A stretch of 64,000 nucleotides of DNA from an uncultured Rikenellaceae bacterium (GTDB lineage Bacteria; Bacteroidota; Bacteroidia; Bacteroidales; VadinHA17), in NCBI GenBank assembly GCA_964596715.1, contig CAZQVL010000001.1, positions 37,212-101,211 of the forward strand, read 5' to 3'. Made by a program: the position numbers and the translations under genes. The notes under the pieces are model-generated. The model ran no database searches, had not been told where the DNA came from, and saw nothing but the letters and a program-made list of their open reading frames with translations. Below are positions 8,821 to 17,950 of this stretch, piece after piece (positions within the stretch are counted from its first letter, which is position 1; each line of letters begins with the position of its first letter).

Positions 8821-9453
8821 AGCGCAGTGAAAAAAATAGTGATTATTATTCTCATGCAATTATTTTGTGTTCAGCACATGATTTTTGCACAGGATACAAT
8901 CTCTGTTATGTCCCGGAAAAGCAGGACTTTCAAACCGGAACCACTGAAAGCAACTATGCTGGCAGTTGCATTTCCGGGTCTCGGACAGGTATATAACAGG
9001 AAATACTGGAAAATACCGCTCGTATATGCAGGTTTCGGAGGCATCATTTACAGTATAAGTTTTAATACTACGTACCATAACAGGTTTATGAAAGCTTATC
9101 AGGATTTTACAGATGAAATACCCGAGACAGCAAGTTATGCTGAATATATAAGAGGGACCGATCCGTCGGAGTATGATCCTGTTCTTTATCCCGATACATA
9201 TAATCCTTCCACTGCCTCCTGGGTCAGGGATCAGCTCTTATTAAGAGTGGATTATTATAAAAAGTATCGCGATCTTTCGTATATAGGAATTGCAGCCTGG
9301 TATCTTTTATCTATTTTAGATGCGAATGTTGATGCCAGTCTGTTTAATTTTGACATAAGCAACAACCTGGATCTTGAAGTGGTTCCTGAGCAGGTGCCTG
9401 CACCCGGATTCACTGGAGCAGGATTACACCTGAGCCTTAAAGTGACATTTTAA
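8818..9453 (+). CDS. DUF5683-like membrane-associated protein (conserved downstream of parB in Bacteroidota)
   Basis: It has a signal peptide (..MIFAQ) and the block AVAFPGLGQVYNRKYWKIPLVYAGFGG. The start is uncertain (TTG 8818 or GTG 8827). Confidence 0.6.
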   Translation: MSAVKKIVIIILMQLFCVQHMIFAQDTISVMSRKSRTFKPEPLKATMLAVAFPGLGQVYNRKYWKIPLVYAGFGGIIYSISFNTTYHNRFMKAYQDFTDEIPETASYAEYIRGTDPSEYDPVLYPDTYNPSTASWVRDQLLLRVDYYKKYRDLSYIGIAAWYLLSILDANVDASLFNFDISNNLDLEVVPEQVPAPGFTGAGLHLSLKVTF

Positions 9454-9466
9454 TAGTAATTGAATC

Positions 9467-11017
9467 ATGAGACTTAAAGTTTTATTTTTTACCATCTTTT
9501 GTGCGATTCTGCAAGCTTACGGATCTATTGAAAACGATACAATTATTCTTAAAACGGATATAGAAACAGAAAAGATCACGAGAGATCTCGACAGCCTTGT
9601 CAACAGCTGGTATGTAAAAATGGCCCTTAAGGATTTACCTGAGGATTTTATGAGCGATTCGGTCGGAATACAATTCCCTGATTCTGTTTATAGACAGAGG
9701 TTGGGTAACATACACTCAATAATTAATCTGCCATATAACAGCATCATAAGAAATCATATACATGTTTACACCGTTAAGCAAAGGGATAAGTTCAGTGCGG
9801 TGCTGGGATTAAAAGACTATTATTTTCCGATAATTGAAGATATCTTCGATTCCTACGGATTGCCAACTGAACTTAAGTATATGGCTGTGATTGAGTCTGC
9901 ACTTAATACCAATGCAGTTTCGAGAATGGGAGCTACCGGATTATGGCAGTTCATGTACAGTACGGGCAGGTTCTATGGTCTTACTATCAATTCCGTGGTC
10001 GATGAGAGAAGAGACCCTGTCCGATCTACTCATGCAGCAGCAAAATATATAAGAGACCTGTATGATATCTATAACGACTGGATACTTGTGATTGCAGCCT
10101 ATAACTGCGGACCAGGCAACGTTAACAAAGCGATACGCCGCTCAGGGAATAAAAAGAATTACTGGGAGATATATTACAGACTACCGAGGGAAACAAGGGG
10201 ATACATCCCACAGTATGTTGCTGCTGCTTATGCAGTTAACTATTTTGCCGATCATAATATAAGACCTCTGCCACTGAATTTTCCTGTTGCAACAGACACT
10301 ATACTGTTTAACAAAGATATCCACCTTACTCAGATTTCAGAGGTAATGGGCATACCTTCCGGCGAGCTCAGAGCCCTTAATTCACAATACCGGACAGGCC
10401 TGGTTCCCGGTTCTTCCAGACCAATGGCAATTACTTTACCGATAAGCAACCTTGGTGATTTTATAGACCTGAATGACACTATAAGAAACTATAAACAGGA
10501 TGTATATCTTAGTAAAACAACCCGTATAAGTGAACCTTCGCGTTCAACCTATGTTCCGGCTGATGTTAAGGGAAAAACAAGACTTGTTTATACAGTAAAG
10601 GAAGGTGATAATCTGGGCTATATAGCTGAATGGTACGGGATTGGGTTATCCCGGCTCCGTTACTGGAACAACATATACCGGAACAAAATCCTTATTGGTC
10701 AGAAACTGGTGGTTTATGTTGATCCGTCAAAAGCGGATTACTATGCACAAATCAATTCAATGTCGTTTGCCGACAAACAGAAAATGATAGGAAAAACCGT
10801 AACTTCCAATACTGAAAACAGATCAACAGCACTAACAACACAATCGGCTGAAGATGAGGAATATATTACCTATACAGTTCGTTACGGGGATACCATCTGG
10901 GATATAGTAAAAATGTTTGACAATGTAACAACTACCGATGTGTTGAAATTGAATAATATATCTGATCCGGGGAAGATACAGGTTGGACAGAAGCTTAAGA
11001 TCAGGAAAAAAAGCTGA
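9467..11017 (+). CDS. MltD-like lytic murein transglycosylase with two C-terminal LysM domains
   Basis: The SLT domain is present (VIESALNTNAVSRMGATGLWQFM...AAYNCGPGNV). Two LysM repeats are present (YTVKEGDNLGYIAEWYG..., YTVRYGDTIWDIVKMFD...). Confidence 0.85.
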   Translation: MRLKVLFFTIFCAILQAYGSIENDTIILKTDIETEKITRDLDSLVNSWYVKMALKDLPEDFMSDSVGIQFPDSVYRQRLGNIHSIINLPYNSIIRNHIHVYTVKQRDKFSAVLGLKDYYFPIIEDIFDSYGLPTELKYMAVIESALNTNAVSRMGATGLWQFMYSTGRFYGLTINSVVDERRDPVRSTHAAAKYIRDLYDIYNDWILVIAAYNCGPGNVNKAIRRSGNKKNYWEIYYRLPRETRGYIPQYVAAAYAVNYFADHNIRPLPLNFPVATDTILFNKDIHLTQISEVMGIPSGELRALNSQYRTGLVPGSSRPMAITLPISNLGDFIDLNDTIRNYKQDVYLSKTTRISEPSRSTYVPADVKGKTRLVYTVKEGDNLGYIAEWYGIGLSRLRYWNNIYRNKILIGQKLVVYVDPSKADYYAQINSMSFADKQKMIGKTVTSNTENRSTALTTQSAEDEEYITYTVRYGDTIWDIVKMFDNVTTTDVLKLNNISDPGKIQVGQKLKIRKKS

Positions 11018-11031
11018 TCCAGGATTAATAT

Positions 11032-14016
11032 ATGCGCCCTTTCAGATCATTCCTGTTAATACTGATCTTACTGGCCTGTCTGATCGGTCTGAATTATTTC
11101 ATACCGGATAATATTAAATTACCACAGGTCAATGAATTCGTACCGTGGGATCTCATAAAAGGAACATTTACAAGGATTTCCATTGATACCTCTGCCTATT
11201 TCATTCAGGCTCCTGATACATTATCACAGAAATCTGACTATAACCTCAGCACAAAAGATACCGTTCCATCAAGGGAAGAAAAAAAGCCTTCCGGCACCTT
11301 AAAGGATTATTTAGATACTTTAAACTACAGGGACGGACAGATCAGGATAATGTATTACGGTGATTCACAAATTGAAGGCGACCGCATAACCTCTTATCTG
11401 CGGCAATCATTAAGAGAAGATTACGGAGGCAGCGGCCCGGGTCTGTTCCTTCCTGTTATACCAGTTATGTACACCAAATCGGTGTATATCAGATCATCAT
11501 CAAACTGGGAGAGATATAATTACCTGTCATTCCGTGCAGGGGAGATCAGTCACAGGAACCTGGGGCCTTTTATGACCATCTGCAGGTATATGCCGGAAGG
11601 AGAGATATCTTCTGCTCCGGTCAAAGCTTCCGTCAGAATCGTCCCTTCAACTTTTGCAGACTATACAACATCCCTCTTTGACAAACTCAGGATCTTTTAT
11701 GGTAATTCACGGGATATTGTCAAAGTAACGGTCAGAGCAGATGATTACCCGGTATTGTCAGACACTCTGATAAGAGGAAACGGTTTATTTGAGCTTACAT
11801 GTTCACTCTACAAGGCAACAAACATCACAATAGAATTTGAAGGGAGAGTAAGTCCCGACATTTATGGTATAAGCATAGAGGGTGATACGGGACTGGTTGT
11901 TGACAATCTTCCTCAAAGAGGAAGTGCCGGATTAGAGTTTACCATGGTGGAGAAAGATAAACTTAAAAAGTTTTACGATCGGATCTCTCCTGATTTATTC
12001 ATCCTGCATTATGGTCTGAATTTAGTAAAAAGCGTCAGGAAAGAATACTCCTATTATGAAAAAGGTTTATACCGTCAGATCGCCCTTCTGCGGGAAATAT
12101 CGCCAGGTACACCCGTTGTAGTCGTAGGCCTGACAGATATGGCTTTCCATGATGGTGACAGTATCAGGTCATATCCCAACATTCCCTCAATTATTGAAGC
12201 GCAGAAGAAAGCAGCACTGGCGGCTGGAGCCATCTTCTGGGATTCATTCAGAGCAATGGGAGGAGACTCTTCTATAATTAAGTGGGTTGAAAGAGATCCG
12301 CCCCTTGCCCAGAAAGATTATACCCATTTTACCTACCCCGGAGCAGATACAATTGCAAAATATCTTGTTTCAGGATTATTTCGCGGCAGTTATGCAGATT
12401 CATTATTAAAGACTGATTCAGTAGTAACGGTAGAAACTGACCTGTCTGCGGCAATCCATATTCAGGAACAGTCAGAAACGGCTGAAGAATCCGCATTGAT
12501 CGCAAACCTGGTTTCACGAATCTTCAGTTATGATCCAGACAAACCTTTCATTTTTTCAACTCCGGCATTCTGGATATTCTTCCTGCTGGTTCTGGTAGGA
12601 TACAGTGTCGTTTATAAAAAATTGGTTTTGAGGAATTTATATCTTTTCCTCATAAGTCTTTTCTTCTATTTTAAATCAGGAGGATTATTTCTTTTTCTGC
12701 TGATAATCGTTACCAGTATCGACTATTGTTGTGGTCTGCTCATATACCGTTCAAGTACACGTAGCCTGCGGCGGCTTTTTGTCCTCGTCAGTATAATCTC
12801 CAACATTGGACTCCTTGCTTATTTCAAATACACGGGATTCTTCGTCGACACTCTGAATAATCTTCTGGGAACTGATATCAGGGTGTACGACTACCTTGCT
12901 TCCTTTTCAAATAAACATCTTGGAACAAGCTTTAATGTCAGTCATATAATCCTTCCTGTGGGGATATCCTTTTTTACCTTTCAATCGCTGAGTTACACCA
13001 TGGATATGTACCGGAGGAAGCTGGAGCCCGTCAGAAATATTCTGGATTTTGGTTTTTATGTTTCATTTTTTCCCCAGCTCGTAGCAGGACCTATTGTAAG
13101 GGCTTCTGAGTTTATCCCGCAATTATACGCTGAGTTTCATCTTGCACGGAGGGAATTCAGCCATGCTTTATTCCTGATATCCAAAGGATTGATAAAAAAG
13201 ATCATTATTTCTGATTTTATTGCCGTCAATTTCATCGACCGGGTTTTTGAGCTGCCAACCATGTATTCGGGATTTGAGAACCTTATGGCGGTCTATGGAT
13301 ACGGACTCCAGATATATTGTGATTTTTCAGGATATACTGATATTGCTATCGGGCTCGGATTAATTCTTGGTTTCAGGTTGCCTGTCAATTTTAATTCACC
13401 TTATAAGGCCTCGGGAGTTGCTGACTTCTGGAAGAGGTGGCATATATCGCTATCGAGGTGGCTTAAGGATTATCTGTACATTTCTCTTGGAGGGAACAGG
13501 AAGGGAAGATTTCGTACCTTTATAAACCTGATGATCACCATGTTGCTGGGGGGTTTATGGCATGGAGCTGCCCTGCGGTTTATTGTATGGGGAGGTTTAC
13601 ATGGAGTTGGGCTTATATTTAACAAAATATGGAGATACTTACTGGGTGACCGCTTAATAAGGAAAAAAGCCGGGAGAGCATTAGCAGTTTTTATAACTTT
13701 TCAGTTCGTCAGTTTTTGCTGGATATTCTTCAGAGCGTCCGATATGGATACAGCGATACTGATGCTAAGGCAGATCTTTGAGAACTTCTCACCTGGTTCT
13801 TACCAGTCTTTAATTATGGTATACAGCACAGTTTTTTCTCTTATTGCTGCAGGGTATCTTATTCATTTTCTTCCTGAGAGGATCAAAGAGTCCTACCGTG
13901 GCCTGTTTATCAGAATTCCGGTTGTTGTCCAGATGGCAGTAATCCTGCTGATGGCCATTCTGATATATCAGATGAAAACAACTGATATTATGCCGTTTAT
14001 ATATTTCAGGTTTTAA
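11032..14016 (+). CDS. Fusion protein: N-terminal TM anchor, SGNH/GDSL-like domain, C-terminal MBOAT O-acyltransferase (AlgI/PatA/DltB-like)
   Basis: SGNH block I is YYGDSQIEGD and block V is DYTH (..AQKDYTHFT). The MBOAT hallmark FWKRWHISLSRWLKDYLYISLGGNR...GGLWHGA lies in the C-terminal ~490 aa together with many TM helices. Confidence 0.85.
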   Translation: MRPFRSFLLILILLACLIGLNYFIPDNIKLPQVNEFVPWDLIKGTFTRISIDTSAYFIQAPDTLSQKSDYNLSTKDTVPSREEKKPSGTLKDYLDTLNYRDGQIRIMYYGDSQIEGDRITSYLRQSLREDYGGSGPGLFLPVIPVMYTKSVYIRSSSNWERYNYLSFRAGEISHRNLGPFMTICRYMPEGEISSAPVKASVRIVPSTFADYTTSLFDKLRIFYGNSRDIVKVTVRADDYPVLSDTLIRGNGLFELTCSLYKATNITIEFEGRVSPDIYGISIEGDTGLVVDNLPQRGSAGLEFTMVEKDKLKKFYDRISPDLFILHYGLNLVKSVRKEYSYYEKGLYRQIALLREISPGTPVVVVGLTDMAFHDGDSIRSYPNIPSIIEAQKKAALAAGAIFWDSFRAMGGDSSIIKWVERDPPLAQKDYTHFTYPGADTIAKYLVSGLFRGSYADSLLKTDSVVTVETDLSAAIHIQEQSETAEESALIANLVSRIFSYDPDKPFIFSTPAFWIFFLLVLVGYSVVYKKLVLRNLYLFLISLFFYFKSGGLFLFLLIIVTSIDYCCGLLIYRSSTRSLRRLFVLVSIISNIGLLAYFKYTGFFVDTLNNLLGTDIRVYDYLASFSNKHLGTSFNVSHIILPVGISFFTFQSLSYTMDMYRRKLEPVRNILDFGFYVSFFPQLVAGPIVRASEFIPQLYAEFHLARREFSHALFLISKGLIKKIIISDFIAVNFIDRVFELPTMYSGFENLMAVYGYGLQIYCDFSGYTDIAIGLGLILGFRLPVNFNSPYKASGVADFWKRWHISLSRWLKDYLYISLGGNRKGRFRTFINLMITMLLGGLWHGAALRFIVWGGLHGVGLIFNKIWRYLLGDRLIRKKAGRALAVFITFQFVSFCWIFFRASDMDTAILMLRQIFENFSPGSYQSLIMVYSTVFSLIAAGYLIHFLPERIKESYRGLFIRIPVVVQMAVILLMAILIYQMKTTDIMPFIYFRF

Positions 14017-14019
14017 AAT

Positions 14020-14047
14020 GTTGCAGGTTGCGGGTTGCGGATTGCAG
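14020..14047. repeat. Four tandem heptamers GTTGCRG filling the convergent gap between the MBOAT fusion gene and hydF
   Basis: The sequence GTTGCAG GTTGCGG GTTGCGG ATTGCAG is read directly. It is strand-asymmetric (G/T-rich) and cannot form a hairpin. Confidence 0.85.
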
Positions 14048-14048
14048 G

Positions 14049-15278
14049 TTAAAGATATGTTCTGCTATTCTTAACTTCAGAAATAAAAGGTGCAATAGCT
14101 CTTTTATAGATACCCTGGACATAAGCTATTGCCATTCCGTAGTTGGTTACGGGGACACCTGCTTTGATTGCCGGCTGTAACCTGTTGTGAAGCTGCCTCC
14201 TTGTGATCATGCAGCCACCACACTGGATTACCAGGGAATAATCCGTAACCATACGGGGCAGAGTATCGAGCCCTGCAACAACATCATATTCTATCTTTTT
14301 CCCTGTAAAATTTGATATCCATCTCGGAATCTTTGTCCGGCCGATATCATCGCAGGCGACATGATGGGTGCATGATTCGAGGAGAAGAACCCTGTCGCCA
14401 TCTTTCAGATAAGATATTTTAGGAGTGCCCTTCAGGTAACTGTCAAAGTCGCCTTTAAACCGTGCCAGCATTATACTGAAGCTGGTAAGCGGGATTTCGG
14501 GAGGTATTGAAGCGTCGGCCTTTATGAATACCTGGGAATCGGTTATGGCAAGAGCAGGTTTGATTTTTGTTTTTCTGAGGAAGGCATCCACCTCTCTCTC
14601 TTTGAGTACAATAGCAACCGCATCATTATCAATGATATCTCTTATTGCCTGCACCTGTGGAAGGATGAGGCGTCCGGCAGGAGCTTCGACATCTATTGGG
14701 GTGATCAGGATAACAATATCCCCGTAAGAGATGAGATCTCCCAGAAGGGTCGGAGTTTTAAAGGAGTGTTCAGGGATGGATTTACGGATATGGTCTATCA
14801 GCCTTTCATAATTACGTTTATCAATAACGGAGAATTCAAATGGATCAGTTGCTGTAATAGCTTTTATTTTATTTATGAATTCCCCGGTTGGTTGCTGCAG
14901 ATCAGATTTGCTGTGTATTATAATGAATGGGACATCGTATTCACGGAATTTTTTTATCAGATCATCTTCATAACTGTCCCATGAATTGTGTGTTACAACA
15001 AGAAGAGCAAGATCGATTATTTCCAGTGTCCTGACTGTCCGTTCCACCCTTTTTACTCCCAGTTCTCCTGAATCGTCAATTCCGGCTGTATCAATCAGTA
15101 TTACCGGTCCAAAGCCTGTTATCTCGAATGATTTTTTTACAGGATCGGTTGTTGTTCCGGCATGATCGGAAACAATAGCGATATCCTGGCCTGCAAGGCA
15201 GTTGATAAGACTGCTTTTACCGTTGTTACGACGTCCATAAATACCAATATGTGGTTTTGATTCTCTGCCTCTGGACAT
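14049..15278 (-). CDS. hydF: [FeFe]-hydrogenase maturation GTPase HydF
   Basis: The N-terminal GTPase has GRRNNGKSSLIN and DTAG. The C-terminal cluster-binding cysteines are ESCTHH...QCGGCM. The protein is 409 aa. Confidence 0.82.
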   Translation of the reverse strand: MSRGRESKPHIGIYGRRNNGKSSLINCLAGQDIAIVSDHAGTTTDPVKKSFEITGFGPVILIDTAGIDDSGELGVKRVERTVRTLEIIDLALLVVTHNSWDSYEDDLIKKFREYDVPFIIIHSKSDLQQPTGEFINKIKAITATDPFEFSVIDKRNYERLIDHIRKSIPEHSFKTPTLLGDLISYGDIVILITPIDVEAPAGRLILPQVQAIRDIIDNDAVAIVLKEREVDAFLRKTKIKPALAITDSQVFIKADASIPPEIPLTSFSIMLARFKGDFDSYLKGTPKISYLKDGDRVLLLESCTHHVACDDIGRTKIPRWISNFTGKKIEYDVVAGLDTLPRMVTDYSLVIQCGGCMITRRQLHNRLQPAIKAGVPVTNYGMAIAYVQGIYKRAIAPFISEVKNSRTYL

Positions 15279-15338
15279 ATCAGGAATAATTTTGCTGCAA
15301 AATTAGAAATAAAATGAAAAATAAAAGCTGGCAGAGAA

Positions 15339-16514
15339 TTAAGGATTACCAGCGGAGACAGGTCGTGCGTAAGCAGCGACATCAGCTCCAGTTATTTCGT
15401 CTTTGCAGAGGATGATAAGTCTTTCCAGTACATTCCTGAACTCTCGTATATTTCCTGTCCATTCAATTTTCATAAGTTCTTCGATCGCATCCGGTTTTAT
15501 GTCTTTTTTGCTCATCCCGTATTCACTGCAGATCAGCGAGTTAAAGTGTTCGGCCAGAAGGGGTATATCATCCTGTCGTTCATTTAGTGTAGGTATATGG
15601 ATTATAATTACACTTAATCGGTGGTAGAGGTCTTCTCTGAAAGTGTTGGTTTCTATTTCCTTTTTTATGTTTTTGTTGGTTGCTGCAATTACTCTTACAT
15701 TAACATGAATATCTTTATCCGAACCAACTCTTGTGATCTTGTTTTCCTGCAATGCTCTCAGTACTTTTGCCTGTGCTGAAAGACTCATATCGCCAACCTC
15801 ATCAAGAAAAAGAGTACCCTCGTTAGCATGTTCAAACTTTCCTATTCTTTGCTTAATAGCTGATGTGAATGATCCTTTTTCATGTCCGAATAGTTCACTC
15901 TCAATCAGTTCTGAGGGGATAGCAGCGCAGTTGACTTCAACAAACGAAGCTTTTGCCCTGGTGCTTTTTTCGTGTATCTGATGTGCAACAAGTTCTTTCC
16001 CTGTTCCGTTGGCCCCGGTAATAAGAACACGTGCTTCTGTCGGAGCTACTCGGTCGATCATCTCCTTTACTTTAATAATAGCCTCCGACTCACCCACAAT
16101 CTCATACATCTTGCTTACTTTATTCCTGAGGACCTGTGTCTGTGTTATCAGGGTTGATTTATCAGTCGCATTACGAATAGTGATAAGAAGCCTGTTCAGG
16201 TCAAGAGGCTTTTCAAGAAAATCGTAAGCACCTTTTTTTATTGCTTCCACTGCTGTGTCGATATTTCCATGGCCTGAGATCATTATAACAGGGGTATCGG
16301 TTGAAGTTTCAAATATCTTCTGAAGAACCTCAATCCCATCCATTTTTGCCATCTTAATATCGCATAGTACTATGTCGTACGAGTTGGAATTAAACAATTC
16401 AATACCTGATGGTCCGTCTTCAGCAAGATCGACTTCGTGTTTTTCATATTCCAGAACCTCCTTCAGGGTATTCCGGATAGCTTTTTCATCATCAATAACC
16501 AGGATTTTTGACAT
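15339..16514 (-). CDS. Response regulator with sigma-54-interaction AAA+ domain but no C-terminal HTH
   Basis: The REC domain includes the phospho-acceptor context VLCDIKM. The AAA+ domain has Walker A GANGTGKE, a GAFTGA-position loop reading GSFTSA, and Walker B LFLDEV. The protein ends ~20 aa after the AAA+ lid (391 aa total). Confidence 0.85.
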   Translation of the reverse strand: MSKILVIDDEKAIRNTLKEVLEYEKHEVDLAEDGPSGIELFNSNSYDIVLCDIKMAKMDGIEVLQKIFETSTDTPVIMISGHGNIDTAVEAIKKGAYDFLEKPLDLNRLLITIRNATDKSTLITQTQVLRNKVSKMYEIVGESEAIIKVKEMIDRVAPTEARVLITGANGTGKELVAHQIHEKSTRAKASFVEVNCAAIPSELIESELFGHEKGSFTSAIKQRIGKFEHANEGTLFLDEVGDMSLSAQAKVLRALQENKITRVGSDKDIHVNVRVIAATNKNIKKEIETNTFREDLYHRLSVIIIHIPTLNERQDDIPLLAEHFNSLICSEYGMSKKDIKPDAIEELMKIEWTGNIREFRNVLERLIILCKDEITGADVAAYARPVSAGNP

Positions 16515-16561
16515 AGGTCTATTTTTAAAACTTGTATCTTATTCCTGTCAGGCTACATTCC

Positions 16562-17923
16562 TCACCCACTATACCTCAGCCATTTCCACATTTCTTTCCA
16601 GGAGGTTTTCTTCCCGTACATCAGTATTCCGGTACGGTAAACCTTTGCTGCCATCCATACAAATGCCATGAATGTTACTATCATCAGAAGCATTGATACA
16701 GCCAGTTGCCAGTAGGGAACACCGAATGGTAGCCTGGCCACCATTACAATGGGTGAAGTTAGAGGGATCATTGAGCACCAGAATGAGAGTGAGCTCTCGG
16801 GATTTTGCATTGTTCCTATGGCAACCATCAGTGCCAGAATAATTGGTATTGTAACAGGCAGCATGAATTGCTGGGTTTCTGTTTCGTTATCAACTGCGGA
16901 ACCAATTGCTGCAAATATTGAAGCATAGAGAAGATAACCTGTAATGAAATAAAATATAAATGAGATTATTATCAAACCCCATTGCTGGTTCATAGCGCTG
17001 TTCAGCAGTCTTGTGACTTCAGCAAGTTCGGGAGAAACCTCAGTTGTATTTGCAGAGGTAATCGCATTCTGTTGATCGGTTGTCATCAGGTTTTGAGTTA
17101 CGCTCTGCGAGACTTCCGTAACGTTGCTTTTCTGAAGCACCGTTGTTTTAAGCACTAACAATATGGCCATTGTAAGAACTACCCATATCATGAATTGCGT
17201 GAGACCAACCAGAGCAATACCTACAATTTTTCCCATCATAAGTTGAACAGGTCTTACCGATGAGACGATTACCTCGACCACTCTGCTAGTTTTCTCTTCA
17301 ATAACACCTCTCATTACCTGAGAGCCAAATATGAAAACCAGCATATACATCAGGAATCCGCTGATATATGCCAGAGCCATGGCAATACCTGTACTTGTCT
17401 CCTTAACCTGTCCTGAGGCATCAATTTTAATAGTCTGCACAGAAACCTTTGTCTGAACATTCTTCATTATTTCATCGAGGTTTTCAATATTAAAGGCCTG
17501 AAGTTTCTGTGTTTCAATCTCTTTTTCGAGAGAATTCTCAATATGTTCCAGCAGTCCGATAGGGGGTTGTTTTTTTGATATTAGCTGAATAGCGTTGGGC
17601 ACGTTTATCACATCAGGTGAAATATAAAGTATCCCATAATACCCTGCCTGTTCAAAAGTGTTCTTAAGATCATCAATTTTTGCATCTTCAAGATACACGA
17701 AATCGGCTTCTTTAGTGTCAGGTATTACATCCTTGAACAGATCGGAGTTATCTTCTATAACAGCAATCTTCTTATGATCCTGGTCCTGGTTCAGCATGAC
17801 AACTGTGGGAACGAAAATAAGTGCTGCCATAAGAACAGGTGCAAGAATTGTCATGATGATAAATGATTTTTTTCTTACCCTTGTTAAATATTCCCTCCTG
17901 ATAATTACTGATATCTTGCTCAT
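16562..17923 (-). CDS. ABC-2 type transporter permease (NatB-like, large extracytoplasmic loop)
   Basis: The 453-aa protein has an N-terminal TM helix, a ~150-aa loop, then 5-6 TM helices. It lies directly downstream of an ABC ATPase. Confidence 0.8.
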   Translation of the reverse strand: MSKISVIIRREYLTRVRKKSFIIMTILAPVLMAALIFVPTVVMLNQDQDHKKIAVIEDNSDLFKDVIPDTKEADFVYLEDAKIDDLKNTFEQAGYYGILYISPDVINVPNAIQLISKKQPPIGLLEHIENSLEKEIETQKLQAFNIENLDEIMKNVQTKVSVQTIKIDASGQVKETSTGIAMALAYISGFLMYMLVFIFGSQVMRGVIEEKTSRVVEVIVSSVRPVQLMMGKIVGIALVGLTQFMIWVVLTMAILLVLKTTVLQKSNVTEVSQSVTQNLMTTDQQNAITSANTTEVSPELAEVTRLLNSAMNQQWGLIIISFIFYFITGYLLYASIFAAIGSAVDNETETQQFMLPVTIPIILALMVAIGTMQNPESSLSFWCSMIPLTSPIVMVARLPFGVPYWQLAVSMLLMIVTFMAFVWMAAKVYRTGILMYGKKTSWKEMWKWLRYSG

Positions 17924-17950
17924 GGTTTATTAGTTACGAAGTTTGGTTTA

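Noticed and set aside
14049-15278. HydF as a marker of a hydrogenase gene cluster in this window.
   Set aside because: No hydA, hydE or hydG is present within the 64 kb. HydF appears here as an isolated maturase gene, so no cluster is called.
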